A stretch of 64,000 bases of DNA, taken from the IMG/VR virus record IMGVR_UViG_3300025267_002170; one strand, 5' to 3'. Under the pieces are notes generated by a model that was not told the DNA's origin, searched no databases, and saw only the letters and a list, made by a program, of their open reading frames with translations. Below, one piece after another: positions 36,961-46,871 of this stretch. The first letter of the stretch is position 1; each line of letters starts with the position of its first letter. The translations under genes and the position numbers were made by a program. This DNA is from a virus (taxonomy: Duplodnaviria > Caudoviricetes).

Positions 36961-37779
36961 ATGAATTACATTGTCAGCGGAAACGGAACGATTACTATTG
37001 TTATTGATAACCAGAGTTTTACGGTTGGTTATGACCATCCTAACTACATGGCTATCAAGGAATGTATCGTTAACAACGATGCAGAAAACATTGTCGAACT
37101 GATTGACATTCCCTCTGCTATCGAAGATTATGCAGAAGGCAAGGTTACTGTTACTAATGGTATTCTTCGCTATGATGACGAAGAAATCCACAACAGTCTT
37201 ACCGAGCGCATTATGGGAATGATGCGTAATGGTTTCCCCTTCGAGCCTATGGTTAAGTTCTTGGCTAACGTCTTGGAGAACCATAGTAATCGTGCTGTTC
37301 AAGAACTGTATACGTTCCTTGAGCATAAGAACCTTCCTATCACAGAAGATGGTTGCTTCCTTGCTTACAAGGCTGTGACTAGTGACTATAAGGATAAGTG
37401 GTCTAATCAGATTGACAATAGTGTTGGTCAAACTGTTAGTATGCAGCGCCGTAAGGTTAATGATGACTGTGGCATTGGATGTAGTGATGGTCTTCACTGT
37501 GGCGCTTTGGAGTACGTCGAAAGCTATCGGTCTGAGCATAACGAAGACCGTGTAGTCATCGTTAAAGTAAACCCCAAGGATGTTGTGTCAGTCCCAACTG
37601 ATTGCGAGTGTCAGAAGGTTCGCACTTGTGAGTATCAGGTTATTGCTGACTATGAAGGTCCGCTTAAGAGTCTTCTTCATAGAGGAGAAGATGGCGAGGC
37701 TTGGACCGAAGAAGAGTTTGCTGAGTTTATGAACACTCTTATGCATGAAGACGATGAAAGTGAGGCAGAAGGTAATTAG
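36961..37779 (+). CDS. rIIB: rIIB-like protein
   Basis: ITEDGCFLAYK, DNSVG, CSDGLH, VKVNPKDVVSVP, K.RTCEY.V. Confidence 0.9.
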   Translation: MNYIVSGNGTITIVIDNQSFTVGYDHPNYMAIKECIVNNDAENIVELIDIPSAIEDYAEGKVTVTNGILRYDDEEIHNSLTERIMGMMRNGFPFEPMVKFLANVLENHSNRAVQELYTFLEHKNLPITEDGCFLAYKAVTSDYKDKWSNQIDNSVGQTVSMQRRKVNDDCGIGCSDGLHCGALEYVESYRSEHNEDRVVIVKVNPKDVVSVPTDCECQKVRTCEYQVIADYEGPLKSLLHRGEDGEAWTEEEFAEFMNTLMHEDDESEAEGN

Positions 37780-38303
37780 TGGAAAATACTGGCATGGACT
37801 TAGGTTTATGGCCTGAATTTCTAATATTTGCCTTAATTTTTGGTTTTATTACTAGAATAATGTATGGAACATTATGTTCAATTTTTGGATGGATTGCGAG
37901 ACCTATCACAGACGTAGTGTGCCAAGAAAATTTTAGCAAACCTACTAATTTAGAGCCAATAACAAAAATCGAAGGTACTATCGAAATAGGAGTTGAAGAA
38001 GATAAAGAGATGCTTTCCGAGAGTGATTGGGATACAATATGCGCTCAAGCAGTTGAACAAGCTAAACAGGGAAATGCCAGTGCGCGTAATTGGGTAACTA
38101 AGAACATTCTAGAAAAGGAATCTGAAAAGTTAGTTGCAGACGAATTGAAAACTGATGTAACTATAGTCTCCGAAACTGTTGAAGCCTTAGTATCTTTAGG
38201 ATGGAAAAAGGGAGATGCTACCAAAGAAGTTAAGGAGGCTGCCTGTGCAAAAGAATACAAATCAGTGGAAGACCTGTTAGTATTCATTCACAAGAAAAAA
38301 TAG
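37779..38303 (+). CDS. Membrane protein with RuvA domain III-like C-terminus
   Basis: N-terminal TM helix; ETVEALVSLGWKKGDA. Confidence 0.6.
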   Translation: MENTGMDLGLWPEFLIFALIFGFITRIMYGTLCSIFGWIARPITDVVCQENFSKPTNLEPITKIEGTIEIGVEEDKEMLSESDWDTICAQAVEQAKQGNASARNWVTKNILEKESEKLVADELKTDVTIVSETVEALVSLGWKKGDATKEVKEAACAKEYKSVEDLLVFIHKKK

Positions 38304-38311
38304 TTTTACTC

Positions 38312-38352
38312 GGGGCGCGAAGGTTATTATACTTTCGCGCCTCTTTTTTTTT
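38312..38352 (+). terminator. Intrinsic terminator
   Basis: GGCGCGAAG/TTTCGCGCC followed by T9. Confidence 0.75.
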
Positions 38353-38365
38353 AGAAAGTAAGAAA

Positions 38366-38926
38366 ATGAACAGACTAAAGGGGATGACCTGTTACCTATG
38401 CGGACCTATGGACAGGGTTAGCGATGGCGGGGTAAAGTGGAGACAGGACATAACCCCTCAACTAAAAGACATTGGGGTTGGCGTACTAGACCCATGCGAT
38501 AAACCAAGTAACTATGCAACAGAAGACCATAACACTAGACAAACAATTGACTCCTACAAGGAAGAAGGCGACTTTGATTCTATATCAAATATAATGAAAC
38601 CGATATGTGCAGTCGACCTTAGAATGGTTGACATAGCACACTTCCTAGTTGTTAATCTTGACATAGATGTTCATATGTGTGGGTCATATCATGAAATGTT
38701 TGTAGCTCTAGGACAGAAAAAACCAGTTCTAATAAGGTGTGTAGGAGGCAAAGAGATGTTGCCAAACTGGATGTTTGGGGTTCTTCCGCACGAAATGGTA
38801 TTTACTAACTGGTTTCAGTTAATGGATTACCTCTATCATGTAAATAATGACGAGGTAGTTGAGCATTACAACAGATGGAGGTTTTTCGACTTCGATAAGG
38901 TCTATGGAAAGAGGAGTATTACCTAA
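38366..38926 (+). CDS. Nucleoside 2-deoxyribosyltransferase-like protein
   Basis: YLCGPMD, WRQ, DLRMVD, GSYHE. Confidence 0.75.
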   Translation: MNRLKGMTCYLCGPMDRVSDGGVKWRQDITPQLKDIGVGVLDPCDKPSNYATEDHNTRQTIDSYKEEGDFDSISNIMKPICAVDLRMVDIAHFLVVNLDIDVHMCGSYHEMFVALGQKKPVLIRCVGGKEMLPNWMFGVLPHEMVFTNWFQLMDYLYHVNNDEVVEHYNRWRFFDFDKVYGKRSIT

Positions 38927-39171
38927 ATCGTCCAGCTTACACTTTCGAGTAGTCGGGAAAATGCTAAGACCGAGTGAAAAATAGCAAAAACAGATACTAC
39001 TATACAAAAGAGGATAGAAGTGGGTAATGAAACCAACATCGAGCCAGAAATGTGCAGAAACAAGAATCCAAGAAGGTACGACATCATTGACCTGATGTTA
39101 ATTTCTATATTTGAAATTCTTATTTTCTCTGCCGGTCTAGGCTTGGGGTGGCTACTGTGGGATAGGTAATA

Positions 39172-39399
39172 ATGTTTATCTACGAATCCGAATCAACCGA
39201 TGGAAATATAGATGTTCAAACAAGGGCTTTCTATATTGAGGAAGACGGAATCGTATCAGTTAATCAGTATCTATTCAGAGGTCAAGAAGTTCTATCTTGT
39301 TCTCAAATAGATATTACTATAGAACATTTAGATAAAATAGTAGCGATAGCAAACCATGCAAGATTAAAAGATTTCTATAAGAAATACAATGTTGAGTAG
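39172..39399 (+). CDS. Hypothetical protein
   Basis: Operon packing. Confidence 0.55.
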   Translation: MFIYESESTDGNIDVQTRAFYIEEDGIVSVNQYLFRGQEVLSCSQIDITIEHLDKIVAIANHARLKDFYKKYNVE

Positions 39400-39703
39400 G
39401 CAAACGGTTATATATGGGTTACTATGGCTGTTTATAGGAATGGCCTCATCTTTTGATTTATACTTAGCTGTTGCTAACTGTCACGAACTAAAAGACATAG
39501 AGCAAAACCCTGTTGGGACGTGGCTCATAGACCTCGACGACGGCGGGATAGGGCTATTCATGGGCCTGAAAATGGCCGGTACGGTAACGGCGCTGGGAAT
39601 TCTCGTACTTCTCTACCACCTAAAAAGAAAATGGGCGTGGATTATACTGTACACATTGTCTCTGGGGCAGGTTTTGCTGATACTATACCTAGTCCTTGCA
39701 TAA
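39389..39703 (+). CDS. Three-TM membrane protein (ExNP motif, DUF5658-like)
   Basis: EQNPVG, LKMAGT. Confidence 0.65.
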   Translation: MLSRQTVIYGLLWLFIGMASSFDLYLAVANCHELKDIEQNPVGTWLIDLDDGGIGLFMGLKMAGTVTALGILVLLYHLKRKWAWIILYTLSLGQVLLILYLVLA

Positions 39704-39789
39704 AAAAAATTCCGAAATTTTGGTTGACATCGGCCCGAAAATATGCTATATAATAGAGTATTACCACAGGTTCTCACGAGGAGGAACAA

Positions 39790-40110
39790 ATGATGACAGA
39801 AACTCTATTTCTAATGACGCTGGCTCAAACTAGAAAGGCTTATAACTGGTCTACGGAAGGAAAGACCATTGTTGGTGTAGCCAAGAACGGAAAGGCGAGG
39901 GGTGCAAAGTATGCTCCCATCACAGCCGTATGCAGGTATGCCGGGAAGGGAACAAACCCTTCGACCAAGCGCGGAGCAACTAAAGCTGGTAAGCAGTTGG
40001 GAATGACACCAACACTTACTAAGAATGTCTCAAATGCAACCGAAGCAACCTCGAACCGAGGCAACTCTCAAGTTTTGAGAGGTAAGATTAAGCAGGTTTT
40101 GGGTATATGA
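39790..40110 (+). CDS. Basic hypothetical protein
   Basis: TTGACA promoter at 39724, GAGG RBS. Confidence 0.7.
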   Translation: MMTETLFLMTLAQTRKAYNWSTEGKTIVGVAKNGKARGAKYAPITAVCRYAGKGTNPSTKRGATKAGKQLGMTPTLTKNVSNATEATSNRGNSQVLRGKIKQVLGI

Positions 40111-40236
40111 TACGGAGGCCAGTGTTCTAATTTTGAGACGGAGAAAAAGGGTGGTCAAACAATTGTTACTGTTTGATTATGAAGAAGAAGACTCAGATGA
40201 GTCGAAAGAGGAAACTAACGAAAGCGAGGAAGAAGA

Positions 40237-40608
40237 ATGAACATTAACAGTGTGGTCTTGGCTGGAAATCTTACTAAAGACCCAGACCTAAGAGAGACAA
40301 AGACAGGTACTAAGGTTTGTGGAATGAGAATGGCTACAAACCATAAGCGAGGGAAGAATGAGGAAACCTTGTTTATGGATGTGACTGTTTGGGGTCCACA
40401 AGCAGAAATCTGTGAGAGATATCTCAAGAAGGGTCGTAATATTGCAGTCAAGGGAAGATTGAAGATGGAAGAGTATACTGACAAAGACGATATTCGTCGT
40501 CAGTCAGTGTCAGTTGTTGCGGAGGATGTTCAATTCGGACCCAACACATCAGGCAGTAACTCTGAGACACCCGTAGAAGCAGCAACAGAAGAAGTGGCTC
40601 CTTTTTAA
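40237..40608 (+). CDS. ssb: Single-stranded DNA-binding protein
   Basis: INSVVLAGNLTKDPDLR, WG.QAE, acidic tail ending in PF. Confidence 0.95.
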   Translation: MNINSVVLAGNLTKDPDLRETKTGTKVCGMRMATNHKRGKNEETLFMDVTVWGPQAEICERYLKKGRNIAVKGRLKMEEYTDKDDIRRQSVSVVAEDVQFGPNTSGSNSETPVEAATEEVAPF

Positions 40609-40626
40609 TTGTTTAGGAGAAGGTTG

Positions 40627-40986
40627 ATGAATAAGTTTGTTGGTGTTTGTGTAGCTATTTTGTCACTCTCTGTTATTGGTGAGGCAACCGCCTGTGACGA
40701 ATGTTACGGAGAGTGGAGGGTAGTTTCTTCCCCACTTCTGGTGAGAAGCAATCATCGTGACTGCACTCTTACTTGGAGAAAGGGGAGAGTAAGTCTAGTA
40801 ACTATTGACGGATTCTGCCTCGTTAAGAAGGTGGGAAAAGGAGTCAATAGAGGGTTTAGAAAAGCAGGGAAAGCACTTCATGATAACTTCTGTCTGTGTC
40901 CACAGCATAGAAGGAAGGGACTGTTTAATCCCCCTGCTTTAAGGCGTGTTCCTATCATCGGTAGGATTCGTCTATTCCGCGACTAA
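40627..40986 (+). CDS. Secreted hypothetical protein
   Basis: AGGAG RBS; signal-peptide-like N-terminus. Confidence 0.55.
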   Translation: MNKFVGVCVAILSLSVIGEATACDECYGEWRVVSSPLLVRSNHRDCTLTWRKGRVSLVTIDGFCLVKKVGKGVNRGFRKAGKALHDNFCLCPQHRRKGLFNPPALRRVPIIGRIRLFRD

Positions 40987-41393
40987 CCTCGTGGAGCGGT
41001 CTGGGCAATTGGGTCGCTGGTTTACCAGAGATGTTCGAGTCATCACAGAGCGCTTTAGTTAGATGGTTGCTGTAGTATCCGGCTAAAAAACGGGTTCAGG
41101 GATATACTTTGAGTCACTGTCTCAGGTTTGACCGTTCACCAGAGCAGAGCTACAGGAACAAGGTAGGTAACAATAGTTACCGAAGGACTTGGCCATTACT
41201 CCCTATTGGGGTGCGCACGCAGTCTTTACCACCAGACTGTGCCATAGGTTTATGCTTAAGAAGCGAGTGCGTTGGTTATATTTAGCCAAATTAGCTTCTT
41301 TACAGGCGTAAATCGGTTCTGAATCTCATCCAGCTTGTCTCCTTCCGGTCCTTCCCCTCTCTTTGGGAACGCACCTAAAAGGGTGGGTCCGCA

Positions 41394-41846
41394 ATGTCGA
41401 AAATCCTAGACCGTTCTATCGAGATTGCCTATCAATTGTTCCCAACAGCGTATGAAAAGAAAAAAGGCTACCGGGCTTTCCACTTTGCTTTCGGATGGAA
41501 GAAGCGCAGGCTTCTAGCTATAGGCCAGAACGACACTTATAACCAAAGCGCGAAAGCTCTGTGGTTTGCTAAGAGGTTCAACAACAAAAAGCAAATCACC
41601 TACCCATTTCTACACGCTGAAGTAGACCTAGTCAGCAAACTGTGGGGAAAGATTTATGTTGATAATTCTGTTAAAGTTGTAGTATTAAGAATAAACAGTA
41701 GGGGAGAGTTGCAAAATAGCAAGCCGTGTAAGTCGTGTATGAATATGATTTCCGTTCTTGGGATTGATAAGGTCTGGTGGTCAGTCTCGACTGGAGATAT
41801 AGTTTCTTTACATGAGCAGGGGATTTATAACAATGGGGATGAGTGA
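41394..41846 (+). CDS. Cytidine/CMP deaminase-fold protein
   Basis: HAE and SKPCKSC. Confidence 0.75.
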   Translation: MSKILDRSIEIAYQLFPTAYEKKKGYRAFHFAFGWKKRRLLAIGQNDTYNQSAKALWFAKRFNNKKQITYPFLHAEVDLVSKLWGKIYVDNSVKVVVLRINSRGELQNSKPCKSCMNMISVLGIDKVWWSVSTGDIVSLHEQGIYNNGDE

Positions 41847-42801
41847 TATTATACTTAAGCTGGATGTTCTTGGAAAGGGAATATTGGCAGCGGACGAAAG
41901 CATTCCGACCATAAAGAGTCGGTTTGAATCAGTGAGTATAACCTCAACGCCAGAGACCAGACACGATTATCGTCATACAATCTTTTCAACTAAGGGACTG
42001 CAAGAGTTTATAAGCGGGGTAATTCTTTTTGATGAAACTATCAACAATGAAGCAACAATTAAACCCTTGATTGATTCCAAAATAGCGCTTGGAATCAAGG
42101 TTGACACCGGAGCGAAGCCATACAACTCTCACATGCAGGGGGAGAGGTTCACAGAGGGTCTTGACGGCCTCTCAGAGCGTCTCAGGGGCTACAAAAGGCT
42201 CGGAGCCGAGTTCGCCAAGTGGAGGACGGTTCTGGCCCCAAAGACAACTGTTAATTGCTTAAGAGCAAACGCTAACGCTCTTGCTATTTATGCAAAAAAG
42301 TGTCAGAAAGAGGGTATAGTTCCCATAATAGAACCAGAAATTCTAATGGATGGAAACCACGGCGCTCTTAAGTCCTTTAATATCACTGAACACTGTCTTC
42401 ACTGTGTTTTTCATGAACTATGGAAAGAGAGGGTAGAGCTTGAGAGTATTATACTCAAGCCGAACATGGTGGTTTCTGGTTACAAGAATGAAAAAAGAAT
42501 TCGACCGGAGGTTGTTGCGGAACTAACAATAGCTTGCTTTAAGAGAACGGTTCCGTCTGCTGTTCCTATTATTGCTTTTCTTAGTGGTGGACAACCAAAT
42601 GATGAGTCTGTACAAAACCTTAATGCTATGAATCAGGAGTCTCCTGATTTGTTTCATTCTTGGTATTTAACATTTTCGTTCGGTAGAGAGCTACAGAAAA
42701 GCGCTCTAAAACAATGGTCGCTTGGTCATAAAGACGAAGCACAAAAACAACTTTTAAAGAAGGCGAAAGATTGCAGTAACGCTACATGGGGTGAACTGTG
42801 A
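41839..42801 (+). CDS. fba: Fructose-bisphosphate aldolase class I (eukaryote-type family)
   Basis: GKGILAADES, KVDTG, GLDGL, FAKWR, PIIEPE, LKPNMV, FLSGGQ, FSFGRELQ. Confidence 0.95.
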   Translation: MSDIILKLDVLGKGILAADESIPTIKSRFESVSITSTPETRHDYRHTIFSTKGLQEFISGVILFDETINNEATIKPLIDSKIALGIKVDTGAKPYNSHMQGERFTEGLDGLSERLRGYKRLGAEFAKWRTVLAPKTTVNCLRANANALAIYAKKCQKEGIVPIIEPEILMDGNHGALKSFNITEHCLHCVFHELWKERVELESIILKPNMVVSGYKNEKRIRPEVVAELTIACFKRTVPSAVPIIAFLSGGQPNDESVQNLNAMNQESPDLFHSWYLTFSFGRELQKSALKQWSLGHKDEAQKQLLKKAKDCSNATWGEL

Positions 42802-42989
42802 GTCTTATTTATAAGTGTGACGAGAGTATGGGAGATTTCCATTGGGAAACTAAAGCCTATACATCTACGGGGAAAAAAGAAGTATCTATAATTCAAACTT
42901 GGTTTGATGGGACCGAGACTGTTTCTAAACAAACAGTAGTTCTTCTTTCTGATGAATTTATAGAAATAGCAAAGAAGCTATAGACAACT

Positions 42990-43061
42990 GCCCCCGTAGT
43001 TCAACGGTTAGAACGCCGTTCTTATAAAGCGGTAACGTGAGTTCGACTCTCACCGGGGGTA
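42990..43061 (+). tRNA. tRNA-Ile(UAU)
   Basis: Full cloverleaf; anticodon arm CCGTT-CTTATAA-AGCGG; T arm GTGAG-TTCGACT-CTCAC; CCA not encoded. Confidence 0.9.
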
Positions 43062-43217
43062 TTTAAAATGATGAAGACCTGTTTACATTTTGCTTATTGT
43101 TTGTGTTGGATTACGGCTGTGGTTAGCTTTATTTTCAATGGAAACGTATCAGAATCGAATTACTTCATACTTTGGGGTATAGTAAACTATCTACTATGGA
43201 GAGACGCTAAATAAAAT

Positions 43218-43552
<335 letters not shown>

Positions 43553-43600
43553 CTATGATTAATTTGTTGGACTGTTTGGAAATTTTGGAAGGACACCTAA

Positions 43601-43915
43601 ATGACTAACTACGTTTCACAGAACCAGAAAAATAGTGTCAAAAAGATTCACTTTAATTGCAAACTAGACGGGATATCTAGAACCAGTTTTAGGTTTACTG
43701 AGATTACACCCAGAACTCAAAGCAAAATTTTTGGCAAAGATGGCGGCACAGGTTGTGTGTTAGGAACAAACTTTACAACTATTGAAGATGTGATGCACGC
43801 AATTGGTTGCGATTTGTTTGGAGAAACAAGATACAAAGTAACAATTACAGCGGAAGAACTTCCAAATGCCAAAAAAAAGAGACCAAAAAAAGAAAGCCAG
43901 AGAGAAACGGGTTAG
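43601..43915 (+). CDS. Hypothetical protein
   Basis: AAGGA RBS. Confidence 0.6.
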   Translation: MTNYVSQNQKNSVKKIHFNCKLDGISRTSFRFTEITPRTQSKIFGKDGGTGCVLGTNFTTIEDVMHAIGCDLFGETRYKVTITAEELPNAKKKRPKKESQRETG

Positions 43916-44048
43916 ACAGAAGCTCCTTAAAAGAAGAACTCTCAAGAGAGAGGAGAGGAAACTTCAAAAGGAGATAGAAAAAATCCAGTGGGACAATAGA
44001 GAGCGGATTACTCCCATAAGGAACCCCGATAAGGATAAAGATGGCTAA
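43866..44048 (+). CDS. Small very basic protein
   Basis: K/R-rich; coupled to the next gene. Confidence 0.5.
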   Translation: MPKKRDQKKKAREKRVRQKLLKRRTLKREERKLQKEIEKIQWDNRERITPIRNPDKDKDG

Positions 44049-44295
44049 ATTTTACATCGAATCTGGCGACATTAAGATTATAACGGAATCAAAGACTCCT
44101 TTTGGCGCCTGTTTAAAAGTAATAAAAATTATATCGGCACAATTTGGTAATGACAGTATAAATAAGTCTGTTAATCTTAGCGATACTTTTATGGTTACTG
44201 AAACGGGATTTCCTTCTGAAAGAAGGCCGTATTCAGTTCATAGTGGGGAGCATATTTTTAAAACTGAGACCGTTTTGGGCAGAGGTAGCGCATAG
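44041..44295 (+). CDS. Hypothetical protein
   Basis: MAKFYIESG; operon packing. Confidence 0.6.
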   Translation: MAKFYIESGDIKIITESKTPFGACLKVIKIISAQFGNDSINKSVNLSDTFMVTETGFPSERRPYSVHSGEHIFKTETVLGRGSA

Positions 44296-44301
44296 AATTG
44301 C

Positions 44302-44375
44302 GCCCTCGTAGCTCAACAGGACAGAGCAACGGTCTTCTAAACCGTAGGTTGCAGGTTCGAGTCCTGCCGAGGGTA
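44302..44375 (+). tRNA. tRNA-Arg(UCU)
   Basis: Cloverleaf; ACGGT-CTTCTAA-ACCGT; GCAGG-TTCGAGT-CCTGC. Confidence 0.95.
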
Positions 44376-44392
44376 CTGAGAGAGGTTTTGTA

Positions 44393-44842
44393 ATGACTAC
44401 CAAGAGACTCATAGTAGATTGTGATGGGGTTATTGCCGACAAAAACAATGGTGGCAATTACGCAAATGCTGGACCTTTAAAACACGGCATAGAGCAAGTA
44501 AATAAGCTATACGATATGGGATATGAAATTATCCTGTATACTGCAAGGTATGGGGATAGAGAAACCGGAAATATACATCGTCAGTATGAACGTGGATATA
44601 GAGAATGGACCGATTGGTTAGAGAAATATGGTGTAAAATACACCTGCGCTTGGATGGGAAAGCCAGCCGGTGCTCTTTATATTGACGACAAAGCGGCCAG
44701 AGTTAGAGGAGATGATGAATCTGGCTGGGATGAAGTATGGAAAGAGGTTGACGCATTGAAGGATAAAGATAAATACGGAAATTTAATAATAGAAGAATTA
44801 GATACTGATGGCAAGGGAATTGCTTACAATATCAAGGCATAA
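44393..44842 (+). CDS. HAD-superfamily phosphatase (capsule-biosynthesis type)
   Basis: DCDGVI, YTAR, GKP, YIDDKA. Confidence 0.85.
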   Translation: MTTKRLIVDCDGVIADKNNGGNYANAGPLKHGIEQVNKLYDMGYEIILYTARYGDRETGNIHRQYERGYREWTDWLEKYGVKYTCAWMGKPAGALYIDDKAARVRGDDESGWDEVWKEVDALKDKDKYGNLIIEELDTDGKGIAYNIKA

Positions 44843-44844
44843 AG

Positions 44845-45369
44845 ATGAGACTAGACCATATAGCATACAGAGTAAAATCTAGAGAAGAGGCTGCTAGCTT
44901 TTTGTCCGCTATATTGGGATATAAAGTTGGGACCGAGTTTGAGATTGTCTTCGATGATAATTCTACTGCTAAATGTATTGCTATGGTTCCCCCGGAGAAA
45001 ATGTTTAATGTTATTAACATAGAACCGGGAGGTCTTAGGCATGTTGCCCCAGAAATATTTATATCTGACGGTGATGAGGACTCGATAGTCGGACAGTGGG
45101 TTGAAGCGAGGGATGGGGTTGGTGGTGTTCATCATATGGCATATCAGGTTGTAGAAATTGACAGCAGGGTTAAAGAATGGAGAGAGGCAGGAGTAGAATT
45201 TCTTACCGATGATGTTATAGATTGTCCAGAAGACAACCTGAGACAAATTTTTACCAAACCACTTAAAAACCTAGGCGAAATTATTATCGAATTGATTGAA
45301 AGAGGTGATAAGGGATTCTGTCAAAATTCTGTTAAACATCTCATGGAATCAAGCAAGGATTGCAAATGA
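44845..45369 (+). CDS. VOC-family metalloenzyme (HPPD C-domain-like)
   Basis: DHIAYRV, GGVHHMAYQV, LRQIFT, ELIER..KGF. Confidence 0.8.
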   Translation: MRLDHIAYRVKSREEAASFLSAILGYKVGTEFEIVFDDNSTAKCIAMVPPEKMFNVINIEPGGLRHVAPEIFISDGDEDSIVGQWVEARDGVGGVHHMAYQVVEIDSRVKEWREAGVEFLTDDVIDCPEDNLRQIFTKPLKNLGEIIIELIERGDKGFCQNSVKHLMESSKDCK

Positions 45370-46871
45370 CTACATATCAAGGAATTATCAGACAAAATAT
45401 GGTTGGAAATCATTATATTAATGGTTCCTTTATTTGCAATAAGAATTCAGAGTCTTTTGATAGTATTAACCCTGCTACTGGTGAAGTAGTCGGGACTTTT
45501 CCCGAGGCCAGCATTCCAGAGGTGGAATCTGCATACCAGTTTGCAAGAGACTCCTTTCAGGGATGGAGGAAATACAGCAGAGTAAAAAGGGCTGAATACT
45601 TCCTGACTCTAGCCAATTTGGTTGAACAAAGGCGTGAAGAAATTGCCGAAGCAATAACCCTTGAGACTGGAAAAGTTTTCAACGAGTCTATTGCCGAGGT
45701 AAATGAAGCTCTACACATGGCCCAGTACGCTTTCAGCACCGGGAAAATGCCTTATGGAGAAGCACTCGCGTCTGAGTTACCTGAAAAAGACGCCTATATG
45801 CTTCGCAAGCCAAAGGGTGTGGTCGCGATTGTTGCTCCTTTTAACTTTCCTTTTGCTATTGGCGGCTTCTGGTGCGCTGCACCCGCTCTGGTAGAAGGCA
45901 ACACTGTAATTCTAAAGCCAAGTGAAGACACTCCCTTGGTTGGAGAAATCACCGCCGAACTGTTTAACGATGCGGGATTTCCTCCCGGCGTATTTAATCT
46001 TGTTCACGGAGACGGAAGAGTTGGCAACGGTCTTATTAGACAAGACGTTGACCACGTTTGTTTTACTGGAAGTGCTGAGGTGGGAATGCACATAAGAAAG
46101 GTCTGTGCCGAAAGCTGGCATAAAACCTGCTCTTGTGAGATGGGGAGCAAGTCAGCGGTAATTATTCATGAGGACGCTAACTATGAGATGGCAATGGCTG
46201 CATGCTTGGCCAGCGCTTACAAACTATCTGGCCAACGCTGTGTGTCTGCTAGCAGACTGATTGTTCACAGAAGCCTGTATGATAAGTTTGCAGACGAATT
46301 TGCTAACAGGAGCGGAGACCTCAAAACCGGCAACCCATTTTTAAAAGACACTTTTTACGGTCCTCTAATCAACAAGAAACAACTTGATAGAGTTGTTTGG
46401 TTCAATAAGATGGTTGCCGCAGACCCAGAAGCAAATGTTCTACTCATGGGAGAGCAGGTAGAAGACAGCCTGTTCTTAACACCTACTGTATATCAAACGG
46501 AGTGGCGAGATGTTCCATATCTCAAACAAGAAGTGTTTGGACCTCATGTATCAATCATTCCTTACGATACAATTGATGATGCTATTAGGATTTACAACGA
46601 TACTGATTATGGACTTGCTCTAGGTGTGGTTACGGAGAACTTTAAAGTTGCTAGAAGAATTCGTAACGAGTGCGACTTTGGCCTTGGCTATTGGAATGGC
46701 GGTAGCATTGCTGCTGAAAGTCATCTTGGCTTTGGAGGAGTAAAGAAGTCTGGAAACGGACAGCCTAGCGCAGCCAGAACCTTTAGGGCGGTTACACACG
46801 AAGTTTCGTGGACCGTCAATCATGGTGACTCATTGAACTTTCCACAGGGAATGAAAGCTGGGACCGAGTAA
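45366..46871 (+). CDS. Aldehyde dehydrogenase (semialdehyde/P5C dehydrogenase candidate)
   Basis: PFNFP, KPSE, FTGS, EMGSK, SGQRC, EVFGP, FGGVKKSGNG. Confidence 0.95.
   Translation: MTTYQGIIRQNMVGNHYINGSFICNKNSESFDSINPATGEVVGTFPEASIPEVESAYQFARDSFQGWRKYSRVKRAEYFLTLANLVEQRREEIAEAITLETGKVFNESIAEVNEALHMAQYAFSTGKMPYGEALASELPEKDAYMLRKPKGVVAIVAPFNFPFAIGGFWCAAPALVEGNTVILKPSEDTPLVGEITAELFNDAGFPPGVFNLVHGDGRVGNGLIRQDVDHVCFTGSAEVGMHIRKVCAESWHKTCSCEMGSKSAVIIHEDANYEMAMAACLASAYKLSGQRCVSASRLIVHRSLYDKFADEFANRSGDLKTGNPFLKDTFYGPLINKKQLDRVVWFNKMVAADPEANVLLMGEQVEDSLFLTPTVYQTEWRDVPYLKQEVFGPHVSIIPYDTIDDAIRIYNDTDYGLALGVVTENFKVARRIRNECDFGLGYWNGGSIAAESHLGFGGVKKSGNGQPSAARTFRAVTHEVSWTVNHGDSLNFPQGMKAGTE

Noticed and set aside
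44233-44457. Minus-strand ORF containing AGLEPATYGLE
   Set aside because: It is the antisense of tRNA-Arg.
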